Shown here one piece after another: positions 8,204 to 16,970 of a stretch of DNA of 24,000 nucleotides. Numbering within the stretch: the stretch's first letter is position 1; each line of letters begins with the position of its first letter. A model generated the notes under the pieces. The model was not told the DNA's origin and did no database searches. It saw only the letters and a list, made by a program, of their open reading frames with translations. The position numbers and the translations under genes are program-made. This DNA is from Candidatus Woesearchaeota archaeon (lineage in GTDB: Archaea; Nanobdellota; Nanobdellia; Woesearchaeales; JABIAG01). The stretch lies in contig JABIAG010000001.1 in NCBI GenBank assembly GCA_018653365.1, positions 210,526-234,525 of the forward strand, written 5' to 3'.

Positions 8204-9019
8204 ATGTTCAAAAATATACTGTTTTGGTGCGAGTTTCCTGAACGGATAAACTGGCAAAAATTAAATACGTTCTTTAAGAATCAGGATTTTGTTGCAGATA
8301 TTGGTATTGTATGCACAAGTAAACAAGACTACTTAGGTAAAGCAAAAAATATTAGTAAACTAAGTAATGTTAAACTAAAACGTGCCTGGCCGGTTTTGTC
8401 GAAGCTAGAGGGTTACTGGTTCTCATCACAAACATCACGAAAATCAATTGATAGTTTAGATCAGTACAAAGGAATGAAAATTAAGCTTGATATTGAACCC
8501 CCTCTTCCTACAATAAACTCATATAAACGAAATAAATTTGTGATGGATGCTTGGTTAGCAAGTCAAATGTTTAAAAAAGGAAAAAATCAAAAATATTTGT
8601 GGAAAAAAGTTCACGAATTGATAAAATCTGGTGATGTGATGTTATCTACTTTTTCATTTCCAAGATTCATAGCTAAAAGAATGGGGGTGTTGTATGATAA
8701 AAAATTAAGTTACAATTATATTTACTATTCTTCTTTTATCCCTAAATTTTTAAGAGGGTTGTATAATGCGTACATGTCACGATTCATTAAACAAAAATTG
8801 AAGTTTGATTCAGAAACTTATTTTGCTGTGGGGTTGTTGACCCCTGGAATATTTAATGACGAACCTTGTTATAAACTTATTTCTGAACTTGATCATGATT
8901 TGAAATTTTTACTTAAACGAGGAGTTAAGAATTGTGTGGTGTTTAGGTTAGGAAGTTTCTTGGAGCTTAAGGATTCTGCGCGTTGGTTAAAAGTTATAAA
9001 AAAGTATTCTCAACATTGA
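8204..9019 (+). CDS. conserved-looking hypothetical protein immediately downstream of the SSS transporter
   Basis: 271-aa ORF starting 3 bp after the transporter stop; contains KLDIEPPLPT and AVGLLTPGIFNDEP...GVKNCVVFRLGSF segments. Confidence 0.65.
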   Translation: MFKNILFWCEFPERINWQKLNTFFKNQDFVADIGIVCTSKQDYLGKAKNISKLSNVKLKRAWPVLSKLEGYWFSSQTSRKSIDSLDQYKGMKIKLDIEPPLPTINSYKRNKFVMDAWLASQMFKKGKNQKYLWKKVHELIKSGDVMLSTFSFPRFIAKRMGVLYDKKLSYNYIYYSSFIPKFLRGLYNAYMSRFIKQKLKFDSETYFAVGLLTPGIFNDEPCYKLISELDHDLKFLLKRGVKNCVVFRLGSFLELKDSARWLKVIKKYSQH

Positions 9020-9077
9020 AAAACTTTTTATATGATTAGTTGGCACATTTTATTATACTTATTGGAGGTAAGAAAAA

Positions 9078-9455
9078 ATGGAAGAAGAAATGAATAATCA
9101 AGAAACAACTGAAGAGGAACAAACAGAAGCTCCTGTAGAAGAAACAACTGAAGAAGCACCTGCTGAGGAAGCAAGTGAAGATGCAGCTGAAGAACCTGCT
9201 GAAGAGGCGAGTGAAGAAGCTGCTGAAGAGGAATCATCCGAAGCTGAAGAAGAACCTGCTGAAGAGGCTACAGAAGAAGCACCTGCTGAGGAAGCAAGTG
9301 AAGAAGCTGCTGAAGAACCTGCTGAAGAGGCTACAGAAGAAGCACCTGCTGAGGAAGCAAGTGAAGAAGCTGCTGAAGAACCATCAACAGAATCTGATGA
9401 GTTTGATGTTGGCGAAGAAAAATCAGAAGAATCTTCAGAAGATTCAGAACTATAA
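9078..9455 (+). CDS. highly acidic Glu/Ala/Pro repeat protein
   Basis: ORF preceded by GGAGGT Shine-Dalgarno; almost entirely EEAPAEEASEEAAEEPAEEAT repeats. Confidence 0.7.
   Translation: MEEEMNNQETTEEEQTEAPVEETTEEAPAEEASEDAAEEPAEEASEEAAEEESSEAEEEPAEEATEEAPAEEASEEAAEEPAEEATEEAPAEEASEEAAEEPSTESDEFDVGEEKSEESSEDSEL
9255..9380 (+). repeat. two perfect tandem copies of a 63-bp unit (21 codons), plus a diverged copy upstream
   Basis: cctgctgaagaggctacagaagaagcacctgctgaggaagcaagtgaagaagctgctgaagaa at 9255-9317 and again at 9318-9380, identical. Confidence 0.95.
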
Positions 9456-9480
9456 ATTCTGATTATTTTTTTTATTTTTT

Positions 9481-10041
9481 TTAAAATTCTTGATCTTTTT
9501 TATCTAAAATTGCAATAGTTGTTGAAACATCCTGTTCTTTTATTTTATATTTAATTAGTTGACTTAGTTCAGATAATGTTTGAATGTTATTTCGTATTTT
9601 CACATCATTATGTAAAATATAAATTAACCTTCCAGTAGGATTTAAATTAGCTAAACATTTTGTTAATAACCCTTCAATGTCAAATTCAGACACTTTCTTT
9701 TCATAAAAGTCATTACAAATTATTATGTCAAAGCTTTCTTTGAAGGTATAGTTAACAACATCTTCCGAAGAAAAATTGTGAGTAAATTTTGAAAGATTTC
9801 GTTTTGCTTCATCAATAACTTCAGTTTTTTTATCAATTCCAAAAGGAATTAAGTCAAATTCGCTGAATTCACAAATAAATTTGAGTAACATACCATTACC
9901 ACAACCTAAATCCAAAATTTTGCCTGATTGGTTAATGAATTTAAGAAGAGCATGATATTCTACGTACGGCGGACTTAAATGCCCATTAAGTTTAGCTGAA
10001 AATGCGTTTTCATGAATTTTAAACCATTCAATATACTGCAT
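9481..10041 (-). CDS. SAM-dependent class I methyltransferase
   Basis: Motif I SGKILDLGCGNGMLLKFI, motif II PFGIDKKTEVIDEAKRN, motif IV SFDIIICNDF. Confidence 0.85.
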   Translation of the reverse strand: MQYIEWFKIHENAFSAKLNGHLSPPYVEYHALLKFINQSGKILDLGCGNGMLLKFICEFSEFDLIPFGIDKKTEVIDEAKRNLSKFTHNFSSEDVVNYTFKESFDIIICNDFYEKKVSEFDIEGLLTKCLANLNPTGRLIYILHNDVKIRNNIQTLSELSQLIKYKIKEQDVSTTIAILDKKDQEF

Positions 10042-10105
10042 ATTTGTTATTAAACCGAATACTTTTTAAATGTATTTCGACTCTTAATAACTGCTATGCA
10101 GGTAT

Positions 10106-10229
10106 GGCGGTGTAGCATAGTCTGGTCTATTGCGCTGGACTCATATCAATGAGTGATGAGCATTTATGCGATGAAATAACTTTTGCGTAAGAAATCCAGA
10201 GGTCGGGCGTTCAAATCCCCTCACCGCCA
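10106..10229 (+). tRNA. tRNA with CAT anticodon (elongator Met or Ile2), intron about 10146-10193 at position 37/38
   Basis: Acceptor ggcggtg/caccgcc-A; anticodon stem ctgga/tccag with loop ctCATa...a interrupted by 48 nt; T loop ttcaaat; T stem gggcg/cccct carries one C-C mismatch. Confidence 0.85.
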
Positions 10230-10239
10230 TTTTTTTAAA

Positions 10240-10722
10240 ATGACCAAAATTTATTCTCAACAAGAACTGGCTGAAGTAATAGCTAAATTAAAACAAGAAG
10301 GGAAAAAAGTAGTAACGACAAACGGAACATTTGACATTCTTCATCTCGCACATGTAAAAATTTTAGAAAAAGCTAACGAGTTAGGTGATGTTTTAGTTGT
10401 ATTAGTGAATTCTGACAGCTCGGTTAGAGAGAATAAGGGACCAAATAGGCCAATCGTTCCACAAGAAGAAAGAATGCAAATGTTGGCCTCCTTAGAATGT
10501 GTTGATTATGTAACCTGGTTCGATGAACAAGAAGTGGTTGAACCTCTAGCGAGATTAAAACCCTCTATCCATGCAAAGGGAGGGACATATATTCAGGAAA
10601 GAGTTGCGAAAGAACAAGAAGTAATGAAAGAAAATAAGGGTGAGTGGATAAACTTTGAGGTAGTTGAGGGGTATTCTACAACGAACGTTATTGAAAAAGT
10701 ATTGGATGTTTATAAAAAATAA
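10240..10722 (+). CDS. nucleotidyltransferase, RfaE2/HldE C-terminal (cytidylyltransferase-like) family; start trimmed from ORF start 10183 to clear the tRNA
   Basis: VVTTNGTFDILHLAHVKILEKANELGDVLVVLVNSDSSVRENKGPNRPIVPQEERMQMLASLECVDYV...GYSTTNVIEKVL. Confidence 0.85.
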   Translation: MTKIYSQQELAEVIAKLKQEGKKVVTTNGTFDILHLAHVKILEKANELGDVLVVLVNSDSSVRENKGPNRPIVPQEERMQMLASLECVDYVTWFDEQEVVEPLARLKPSIHAKGGTYIQERVAKEQEVMKENKGEWINFEVVEGYSTTNVIEKVLDVYKK

Positions 10723-10760
10723 TAGAAAATTTTAAAAATCAATTCTGACTTGCGAGTTTA

Positions 10761-11651
10761 ATGAATGGGGTTCAATATGTTTCACTTTTATCCTCGAGCC
10801 ATTCCGGGTCTACTTTGTTAAGTATGTTAATGGCAGCTAATCCTAAAATTAGAAGTTTCGGAGATACATATCACAATTCAAATAAAGTAGTGTGCAGTTG
10901 TAATACTACTGTTAATAGGTGCAAATTTAGAAATGAAATTAATGAAAAATTAAAAAAGAAAGGTTTCAAGTTTGATTGGAAAAACCCCCTATATCCTCAC
11001 TTACTTTTTGATAAATTTAAACCCGCTTTTGTTAGAAAAACAAAACTGTTTAGGCTATATGTTAACTTGCCAAACTTTCTTAAAAAAATAATATATAATA
11101 AGAAAATAAAATTAGAATGCAACTTTGTAGATTCTTTAAAAGAAATAAACGATTTTTCATTATATTTTGATGGAAGCAAAAGCATAGTTCGTTTTGAAAC
11201 ACTAAAACAATTTGATAAAAACATTAAACTAATACATCTAATCAAGAGTCCGTATTCTTTCATTAATTCCTGTATCAAACACAAAAAAACAAATCTTTCG
11301 AGATGTCTTGAGGGTTGGCTAACTTATAACAATACGGTTAGAGAGTACAAAAAAGAATTAAAACATAATTATTTATTAATTAAATATGAAGAACTCGCAT
11401 CTAATCCAACAAAAGTTCTTAAAAAAATCTATAAGTTTATTGACATACCTGCATTTATACCTGATAATATAGAAAAAGAAAAAATGCATGTTTTAGGGAG
11501 CGAAATCAGATTTAAGTTAAATGATATATCTGACATCCAAAATAAGAATAAAGACCCTAAAAAAGTTTTAACTCCTAATATGATACGTTATGTTAATAAT
11601 AAGATTAAAGATATATTTTGGATTAAACAACTTTTCCCAAAAGTAGAATAA
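10761..11651 (+). CDS. PAPS-dependent sulfotransferase family protein
   Basis: SSSHSGSTLLSMLMAANP (5'-phosphosulfate loop), CSCNTTVNRCKF, IKLIHLIKSPYSFINSCIKH (3'-phosphate-binding-like), LIKYEELASNPTKVLKKIYKFIDIP. Confidence 0.75.
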   Translation: MNGVQYVSLLSSSHSGSTLLSMLMAANPKIRSFGDTYHNSNKVVCSCNTTVNRCKFRNEINEKLKKKGFKFDWKNPLYPHLLFDKFKPAFVRKTKLFRLYVNLPNFLKKIIYNKKIKLECNFVDSLKEINDFSLYFDGSKSIVRFETLKQFDKNIKLIHLIKSPYSFINSCIKHKKTNLSRCLEGWLTYNNTVREYKKELKHNYLLIKYEELASNPTKVLKKIYKFIDIPAFIPDNIEKEKMHVLGSEIRFKLNDISDIQNKNKDPKKVLTPNMIRYVNNKIKDIFWIKQLFPKVE

Positions 11652-11760
11652 GTTTTTCCTGAATTCTACTTGTTAAAATGATGTTGGTTGAGGTTATAAA
11701 AAATAAAATGCTCAGAAAACAAGTATGTTTTCTGGCACGACTAAAGTCAAATAAAAAAAT

Positions 11761-11775
11761 TCCCTTAATAAGGGA
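11761..11775 (-). terminator. hairpin followed on the minus strand by a T-rich tract; overlaps the stop codon of the 11765-12475 gene
   Basis: tccctt-aat-aaggga (6-bp stem, extendable with flanking A/T); plus strand just upstream is A-rich, i.e. T-run downstream on the minus strand. Confidence 0.5.
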
Positions 11776-12475
11776 ATGGAGGTATTACTGGAGTGCTGGT
11801 TTCTAGAGTGGGTTCAAACTCATCCCAATATTTGATTAATACAGGGTAAGCTGCGAAATCATCTTCAGTTTCTTCCCAATCAAGAAAATCTCCATAAATA
11901 TTTTCCCATTCTTTAGAATATGAGTCCCACATATACATGCTTTCCATGTATGATGTGCCATCACGTTCATGAATGTTGAAATGAGCTCCAGGATAATTTT
12001 TTTGCATCTGAGGAAGAAGCACATAAAAGTTCCAACCATCAGCAAATTCAATACGGGTTTCTTGAATGGTTTCTAAGACCTCATCAGATTCAACTCTAAG
12101 AACCATGTTAGTATCTTCTTCCATGTAAACCCAAATTGAGGTAAATCCCATCACATCTACAACATACTCCAGTTCGTCATCATCTTCCATGATATCATAG
12201 AAAACTCGGTCATAAGGGTGGTAAATGTAGGCTGCCAGGAGATTTTCTTCAAAATCTCGGGAATAATCCATTTCAACACCATCTCCGTATGGAAGTAGGT
12301 TCCAACCCTCAGAAAGATATATGTTGCGCGTATTGTAATCCTCATCATAACCTTGAACTGCATAGTCAACATCAGTTACTTGTTCAATGTTATTAACTTC
12401 TAAAATGCTATCTGCACTAACTAAAGCAGTACTGCAAAGCATAAGAAGCATTAACATAAAAAATAGTTTTTTCAT
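11765..12475 (-). CDS. secreted acidic protein with two GWN motifs, unknown function
   Basis: Signal peptide MKKLFFMLMLLMLCSTALVSADS; YLSEGWNLLPYG and EFADGWNFYVLLP repeats. Confidence 0.75.
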   Translation of the reverse strand: MKKLFFMLMLLMLCSTALVSADSILEVNNIEQVTDVDYAVQGYDEDYNTRNIYLSEGWNLLPYGDGVEMDYSRDFEENLLAAYIYHPYDRVFYDIMEDDDELEYVVDVMGFTSIWVYMEEDTNMVLRVESDEVLETIQETRIEFADGWNFYVLLPQMQKNYPGAHFNIHERDGTSYMESMYMWDSYSKEWENIYGDFLDWEETEDDFAAYPVLIKYWDEFEPTLETSTPVIPPFPY

Positions 12476-12687
12476 TTTATTGCCTCCGGTATTGTTGGTG
12501 GTGGTACAAGACTTTCATTCTTGTCCGCTAGTATTTGAGAAAAACTTTTATTATTATCACTAACCTTCTCTGAAGTATTAACAGAATCAACTTCTTGCAG
12601 GCCGGATGTAGTGTAATAAAACATTCCAACTAACAATAAAATTAATGTAATCAATACGCCCATTGTTATTAATAATGTTTTTCTCAT
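12472..12687 (-). CDS. short single-TM protein, 4-bp overlap with the downstream secreted-protein gene
   Basis: MRKTLLITMGVLITLILLLVGMFYYT; overlap suggests an operon. Confidence 0.55.
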   Translation of the reverse strand: MRKTLLITMGVLITLILLLVGMFYYTTSGLQEVDSVNTSEKVSDNNKSFSQILADKNESLVPPPTIPEAIK

Positions 12688-12783
12688 AAGGTTGGTTAAT
12701 TGGGGTGTATGTAAGAAGGCATGTTGTCTAAAACCGACAACAAAGCAAAAAGTATAAAAAGAGATTCATGTTATCTATAGAAA

Positions 12784-13515
12784 ATGGAATTAATCAAAGA
12801 ATTAGAGGAATTGGGATTGGATGACAATGAGATAAAAGTCTATCAATCTTGCTTGAGACTGGGAGACTCAAAAGTACACGACGTATCAAAAGAGAGCCAA
12901 CTAATTAGAACAACTACTTATGGTGTGTTGAAATCACTTATCGAGAAAGGAATTGTTTCGTCAATAAATAAAGAGGGAGTTAACTTTTTTCAGGCAGTAA
13001 ACCCCGAACAACTAATATATATCCTGGATCGTAAAAAAGAAAAAATTCAGGGAATCATACCAAAATTAAAAGAAATAGCAAATACTTCTTCACCCTTCCC
13101 TAAAGTTCGTTTCTTTGAGGGAGAAAGTGGAGTAAAAGCAATATTTGACGATTTACTAAAACAAAAAAATGCAGAAGTTAAACACATTGGAATAGTAAAA
13201 GAATGGTTTGAGTTAGCAAGAGTGGCAGCAATAATATTTTACAGAAAGAAAAAAGAACAAGGAGTAAAAACTCGTTCTATCGTACCCGATTTAAAAAAAC
13301 AACGAGAGGCATGTAAAAATAAACTAGTTAAAAATGCAGACTTTCGATTTTTCCCAGGATTAGAAATGAAAGGTTCTATGTTTATCTCACCAACAAACGT
13401 AGCTTTTGTAAGTAATCAGGGAGGTAACATAAGAGGATTTGAGATTGAAGACGCTGAATATGTCAAATTACAAAACTTCTTATTTGAAGAATTATGGGAA
13501 AAAGGAAAAAAATGA
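12784..13515 (+). CDS. TrmB-family transcriptional regulator
   Basis: N-terminal wHTH ELEELGLDDNEIKVYQSCLRLGDSKVHDVSKESQLIRTTTYGVLKSLIEKGIV plus TrmB-like C-terminal region FFEGESGVKAIFDDLL. Confidence 0.85.
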   Translation: MELIKELEELGLDDNEIKVYQSCLRLGDSKVHDVSKESQLIRTTTYGVLKSLIEKGIVSSINKEGVNFFQAVNPEQLIYILDRKKEKIQGIIPKLKEIANTSSPFPKVRFFEGESGVKAIFDDLLKQKNAEVKHIGIVKEWFELARVAAIIFYRKKKEQGVKTRSIVPDLKKQREACKNKLVKNADFRFFPGLEMKGSMFISPTNVAFVSNQGGNIRGFEIEDAEYVKLQNFLFEELWEKGKK

Positions 13516-14375
13516 AGCAAAAAAACAAAAAATGGTTAGTTATTGGAATAATAATTCTGTTGGGAATACTTTATCTAAACTATGATTATACGTCAACTAA
13601 AATAAAAAACAAAATAATTGCGAAAGAGGTAGATCAAGCACCAGGAGTCGCTCCTGCCGGAACAAGACCATTAATACTTCTACACGGATTTAATCCACTC
13701 TCAAGTTCAAGAATAGCAGAATTATCATTTAAAGAAATGCAAAAAGATATTGAAGAAGATCTAGGGTATGTAAACAAAGGACTGCTAACAGATACAACTA
13801 CCTGTGCAGAACTAAGATACTCACAAGAACCAATAGTAATAAGGGCATCATACTTCGAAAAAATGGAACTAGCAGAAGTAGAAGAGTATACACAGAATTT
13901 AAACGAAATTATTAACGTAGTATTGAATTGTACTGGAGCAGAACAGGTAGATGTTATAACCCATTCAATGGGGGGGATAGTTGTACGACAGTATCTAAAA
14001 ACAATTAATAATAAAACAATCAATACCGTTGTGATGCTGGGAACGCCTAATAAAGGGGGATTGTACAATGTTGGAAAATCAACAAACTGGTTTATTAAAG
14101 AGGGAGAATCAAAAATAAATGTTGATGTATTACAATTATCTGAGAATCATGAATTTATGCAGGAACTGAATTCAGAAAATGAAACCTTTCCTCATATAAA
14201 CTATTACACTATTGCTGGAAACTTTGACGGAAAAGGGGATGGAATAGTATTAGAAGAATCTGTGAAATTAAATGGCGTTCCACACTTGACAGTAAAGTGC
14301 GAACACATAAGTTTAAAACATCCTTCTTTGTGTCCTGAAGCGTATGAACTTGTGAAAATAGTGTTTAAAAAGTAA
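13494..14375 (+). CDS. alpha/beta hydrolase (lipase-like), N-terminally membrane-anchored
   Basis: PLILLHGFNPLS, THSMGGIVVRQYL nucleophile elbow, D/H candidates downstream; N-terminal TM KKWLVIGIIILLGILYLN. Confidence 0.8.
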   Translation: MGKRKKMKQKNKKWLVIGIIILLGILYLNYDYTSTKIKNKIIAKEVDQAPGVAPAGTRPLILLHGFNPLSSSRIAELSFKEMQKDIEEDLGYVNKGLLTDTTTCAELRYSQEPIVIRASYFEKMELAEVEEYTQNLNEIINVVLNCTGAEQVDVITHSMGGIVVRQYLKTINNKTINTVVMLGTPNKGGLYNVGKSTNWFIKEGESKINVDVLQLSENHEFMQELNSENETFPHINYYTIAGNFDGKGDGIVLEESVKLNGVPHLTVKCEHISLKHPSLCPEAYELVKIVFKK

Positions 14376-14450
14376 AAATGATATGTTTTTAATTTTAGAA
14401 AAATTTAAATACTTATTAATAAGATTTTATAAAAATTAGGAGGGATATTT

Positions 14451-14717
14451 ATGGGAAAAGAAGAATGGTGGGTAATTGATACCGAAGGAGATGAAGGTGC
14501 TCGTACGTTTGAGGTGACAATAAAACACTCCAGAGGCGCACTTGATGGCGAAACAGTAACTTTAGGTGTGATGCAAATTTTGGAATTTAATGCAAGGAAA
14601 GTGGAAGTTATATTTACAAGTAATCTGCACTTTTTACCGCTTGAAGATGAAATGACTGAAAGAGCATATACAAAATTCGTAAAACGAATTTCATTAAGGA
14701 CTGGTGAGCGACCTTAA
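14451..14717 (+). CDS. small hypothetical protein
   Basis: 88-aa ORF preceded by strong SD aggaggga; ...VTIKHSRGALDGETVTLGVMQILEFNARKVEVIF. Confidence 0.6.
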   Translation: MGKEEWWVIDTEGDEGARTFEVTIKHSRGALDGETVTLGVMQILEFNARKVEVIFTSNLHFLPLEDEMTERAYTKFVKRISLRTGERP

Positions 14718-14751
14718 TTTTTTCTTTTTTATATTTTTTTATAATTAAAAA

Positions 14752-14825
14752 CGCCCCTGCGGAGATTTGAACTCCGGTCTTTAGCTCCGCAAGCTAATAT
14801 TCTATCCAAGCTATACTACAAGGGC
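14752..14825 (-). tRNA. tRNA-Arg(GCG)
   Basis: Minus strand gcccttg-ta-...ttagc-ttGCGga-gctaa-agac-cggag-ttcaaat-ctccg-caggggc-g; acceptor and T stems fully paired. Confidence 0.85.
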
Positions 14826-14879
14826 AAAGTTTAAATAAGATTAGTCCTGATGTTTATATTGTTTTTGGAGGTAATTAAG

Positions 14880-15752
14880 ATGAGCAAAAACTTTTATAAA
14901 AGTCATAAACAAATAATTTGGACTGTAGTAATCATGTTAATTCTATTTGCAGCAGTAAGTGGGTTTAATAAAACCACATCCTTTGGACAAATGGATTCTA
15001 GTGTCCGGATGGAAGAATCTTATTATAAAGGGGCAGGATTCGCAGAAACAAGCTCACTTAGAATGGATGATTCCGCTAGCGCTCCAACAGAGGGAGAAAG
15101 AAAAATTCGTCATACTGCAAACGTAAACTTAGAAATTAAAAAAAGTAAATATGAAGAAACTAAATCTGCAGTACTTACTGTTCCTGAACAATTTAAGGGA
15201 TTTTATACCAGTCAAAGTGAAAATAAAAGAACATACAAAGAAAATGATTACAAAACATATAGATTAACATTCAAAGTACCTGTAGAAAGCTTTGATATGG
15301 CTATAGCTGCAGTGAAAGAGCTTGCAGATGTAAAATCATTAAATGTGTATGCTGACGATTTAACAACTTCTTATGCAGACGCAAAAGCATATCTGGAAAG
15401 TTACAAAAAAGAAAAAGCAAGAATAGAACAATTGTTGAATAAAGCTAATAAGATACCTGAAATAATCCAGATAGAAGAGAAACTAATGCAATTACAACGA
15501 ACAATAGACAGATACCAACAACAAATAACAAACATTGATAGACAAACTGATTACTCACAAATTAGTGTAGTACTAGAAGAAAAACAACCTTTATCAGAAT
15601 CATTCTACCGATGGACAGGAATAAGAGAACACTTACGAAATATTGTTCGAGGATTTGATAGCGTGCTGGTTGTAATAACTAATCTGATTGGATGGGTTAT
15701 AGCAATAGGAATAATTTGGTGGATAGTAAAAATAATAAGAAAAAAAGTTTAA
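14880..15752 (+). CDS. DUF4349-like protein (TM, coiled coil, C-terminal TM)
   Basis: RKIRHTANVNLEIKK...YRLTFKVPVESFDMAIAAVKELADVKSLNVYADDLTTSYADAKAYLESYKKEKARIEQLLNKANKIPEIIQIEEKL matches the DUF4349 pattern; start trimmed to the SD-preceded ATG at 14880. Confidence 0.75.
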   Translation: MSKNFYKSHKQIIWTVVIMLILFAAVSGFNKTTSFGQMDSSVRMEESYYKGAGFAETSSLRMDDSASAPTEGERKIRHTANVNLEIKKSKYEETKSAVLTVPEQFKGFYTSQSENKRTYKENDYKTYRLTFKVPVESFDMAIAAVKELADVKSLNVYADDLTTSYADAKAYLESYKKEKARIEQLLNKANKIPEIIQIEEKLMQLQRTIDRYQQQITNIDRQTDYSQISVVLEEKQPLSESFYRWTGIREHLRNIVRGFDSVLVVITNLIGWVIAIGIIWWIVKIIRKKV

Positions 15753-16186
15753 AACATTTTTTTAAAGTTTAAAACATTTTTCTCCTTTTTTTTAATTAAA
15801 AAGATGTCTTTTTTAATTTTTTTTAATTTTTTTTGAAAAAATTTAATTTTTATTTTTGCAATTTTTTTGTTTTGAGGTTTTTTGTAAGATTTACTTTTAT
15901 ATTTTTTTATTAATTTCAGTAAGACTTCTTTTTTTACTTGTTTTTTTTCGAGATGATGTTTTGAAAACTTCTGTGTTAATCGAGTATAAATTAACATTAA
16001 GAAATAAAGAATGATTAGTACAGTAGTAACAATTTCTAAATAATTAATTTGAGCTTTCTTTAGATCTCTCAAAATTTTTAGAGTATTAATGAATGTTATT
16101 GAAATAATTAAACCAAAGGTTAATGTAATTAAAATGAGTTTAACCCTACTTAACAAAATTTGTTTTTTATTGGATTTCATTTTCAA
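15749..16186 (-). CDS. two-TM protein with long Lys-rich cytoplasmic tail
   Basis: Two hydrophobic segments then KKIAKIKIKFFQKKLKKIKKDIFLIKKKEK; 20-nt overlap with the MinD/ParA-like gene. Confidence 0.6.
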   Translation of the reverse strand: MKMKSNKKQILLSRVKLILITLTFGLIISITFINTLKILRDLKKAQINYLEIVTTVLIILYFLMLIYTRLTQKFSKHHLEKKQVKKEVLLKLIKKYKSKSYKKPQNKKIAKIKIKFFQKKLKKIKKDIFLIKKKEKNVLNFKKMF

Positions 16187-16970
16187 TTAATAATTTTTTA
16201 ACATCTTCTTGTGTTATCTTCTTTTTGAATAATTGTCTTATTCTATGTTTAAATGGATCTTTTTTAAGATTAGTTTCTGTAATTTTAGCAGCTAGGTTGG
16301 TGTAAAGCTTAGTAATACAAGACTTTGGATTGTGAAAGACAACTGAAGATGTATTCACTATAGCTTTGCTAAACTGGGGGCTTGTTGGAATTGTCGAAAT
16401 AACCCTGATTTTAGTTGCGTTTTCAATATCTTCTTTAGTTAATTCCGAAGATTTTTTACTAATATTGTTTAATACAATCCCTTTAATAGGAATTCTTTTT
16501 TGATTAATTAAACTAATTGCTTTCAATGTAGAACTTAATCCTAGGTAATCCGCATTACTAACAATTAAAACCTCGTCAGAGGCAGAAATTGCAGAAGTAG
16601 TAGAAGAATTTAATGAAGGTGAAGTATCTAAAATAACATAATCATAAAATTGTCTTAACTCATTAAGCTTATGTTTAAGTGTGAACATATTGACTTTTTT
16701 TGATAAGACCGCAGAAGGTAAGATATATAACCCTGTATTAATTTTATAAACCGCATTATTGGTAGAAGTTTTTCCTTTTAAAATATCTTGAAACGTGTTA
16801 TCTGGATTAATAATGCCAAAATGTAGTCCCACACTTGGTGAAGAAAAATTTGAATCTACAATCAAAACTTTCTTATTAAGATCTTTAGATAATGCACTAC
16901 CCAGATTAAGTGCGGTAGTGGTTTTACCAACCCCTCCTTTGAATGAAACAACACTTATAATTTTAGACAT
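16167..16970 (-). CDS. ParA/MinD/SegA-family ATPase (ORF opens at 16997)
   Basis: Deviant Walker A FKGGVGKTTTALNLG, VLIVDSNFSSPSVG, YDYVILDTSPSLN, VSNADYLGL. Confidence 0.85.
   Translation of the reverse strand: MSKIISVVSFKGGVGKTTTALNLGSALSKDLNKKVLIVDSNFSSPSVGLHFGIINPDNTFQDILKGKTSTNNAVYKINTGLYILPSAVLSKKVNMFTLKHKLNELRQFYDYVILDTSPSLNSSTTSAISASDEVLIVSNADYLGLSSTLKAISLINQKRIPIKGIVLNNISKKSSELTKEDIENATKIRVISTIPTSPQFSKAIVNTSSVVFHNPKSCITKLYTNLAAKITETNLKKDPFKHRIRQLFKKKITQEDVKKLLIENEIQ

Noticed and set aside
9175-9462. 95-aa Lys/Leu-rich plus-strand ORF
   Set aside because: Frame-shifted reading of the 63-bp repeats of the acidic protein; the SD-preceded acidic frame is preferred, although the overlap is complete.
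10146-10193. Box C/D sRNA encoded in the CAT-tRNA intron
   Set aside because: A gtgatga box C-like motif is present but I find no CTGA box D or D' in the 48-nt intron, so support is insufficient.
15753-15900. Long T-rich/A-rich tract as a possible terminator array or repeat
   Set aside because: It is the 3' part of the Lys-rich minus-strand CDS; AAA/AAG codon usage explains it.
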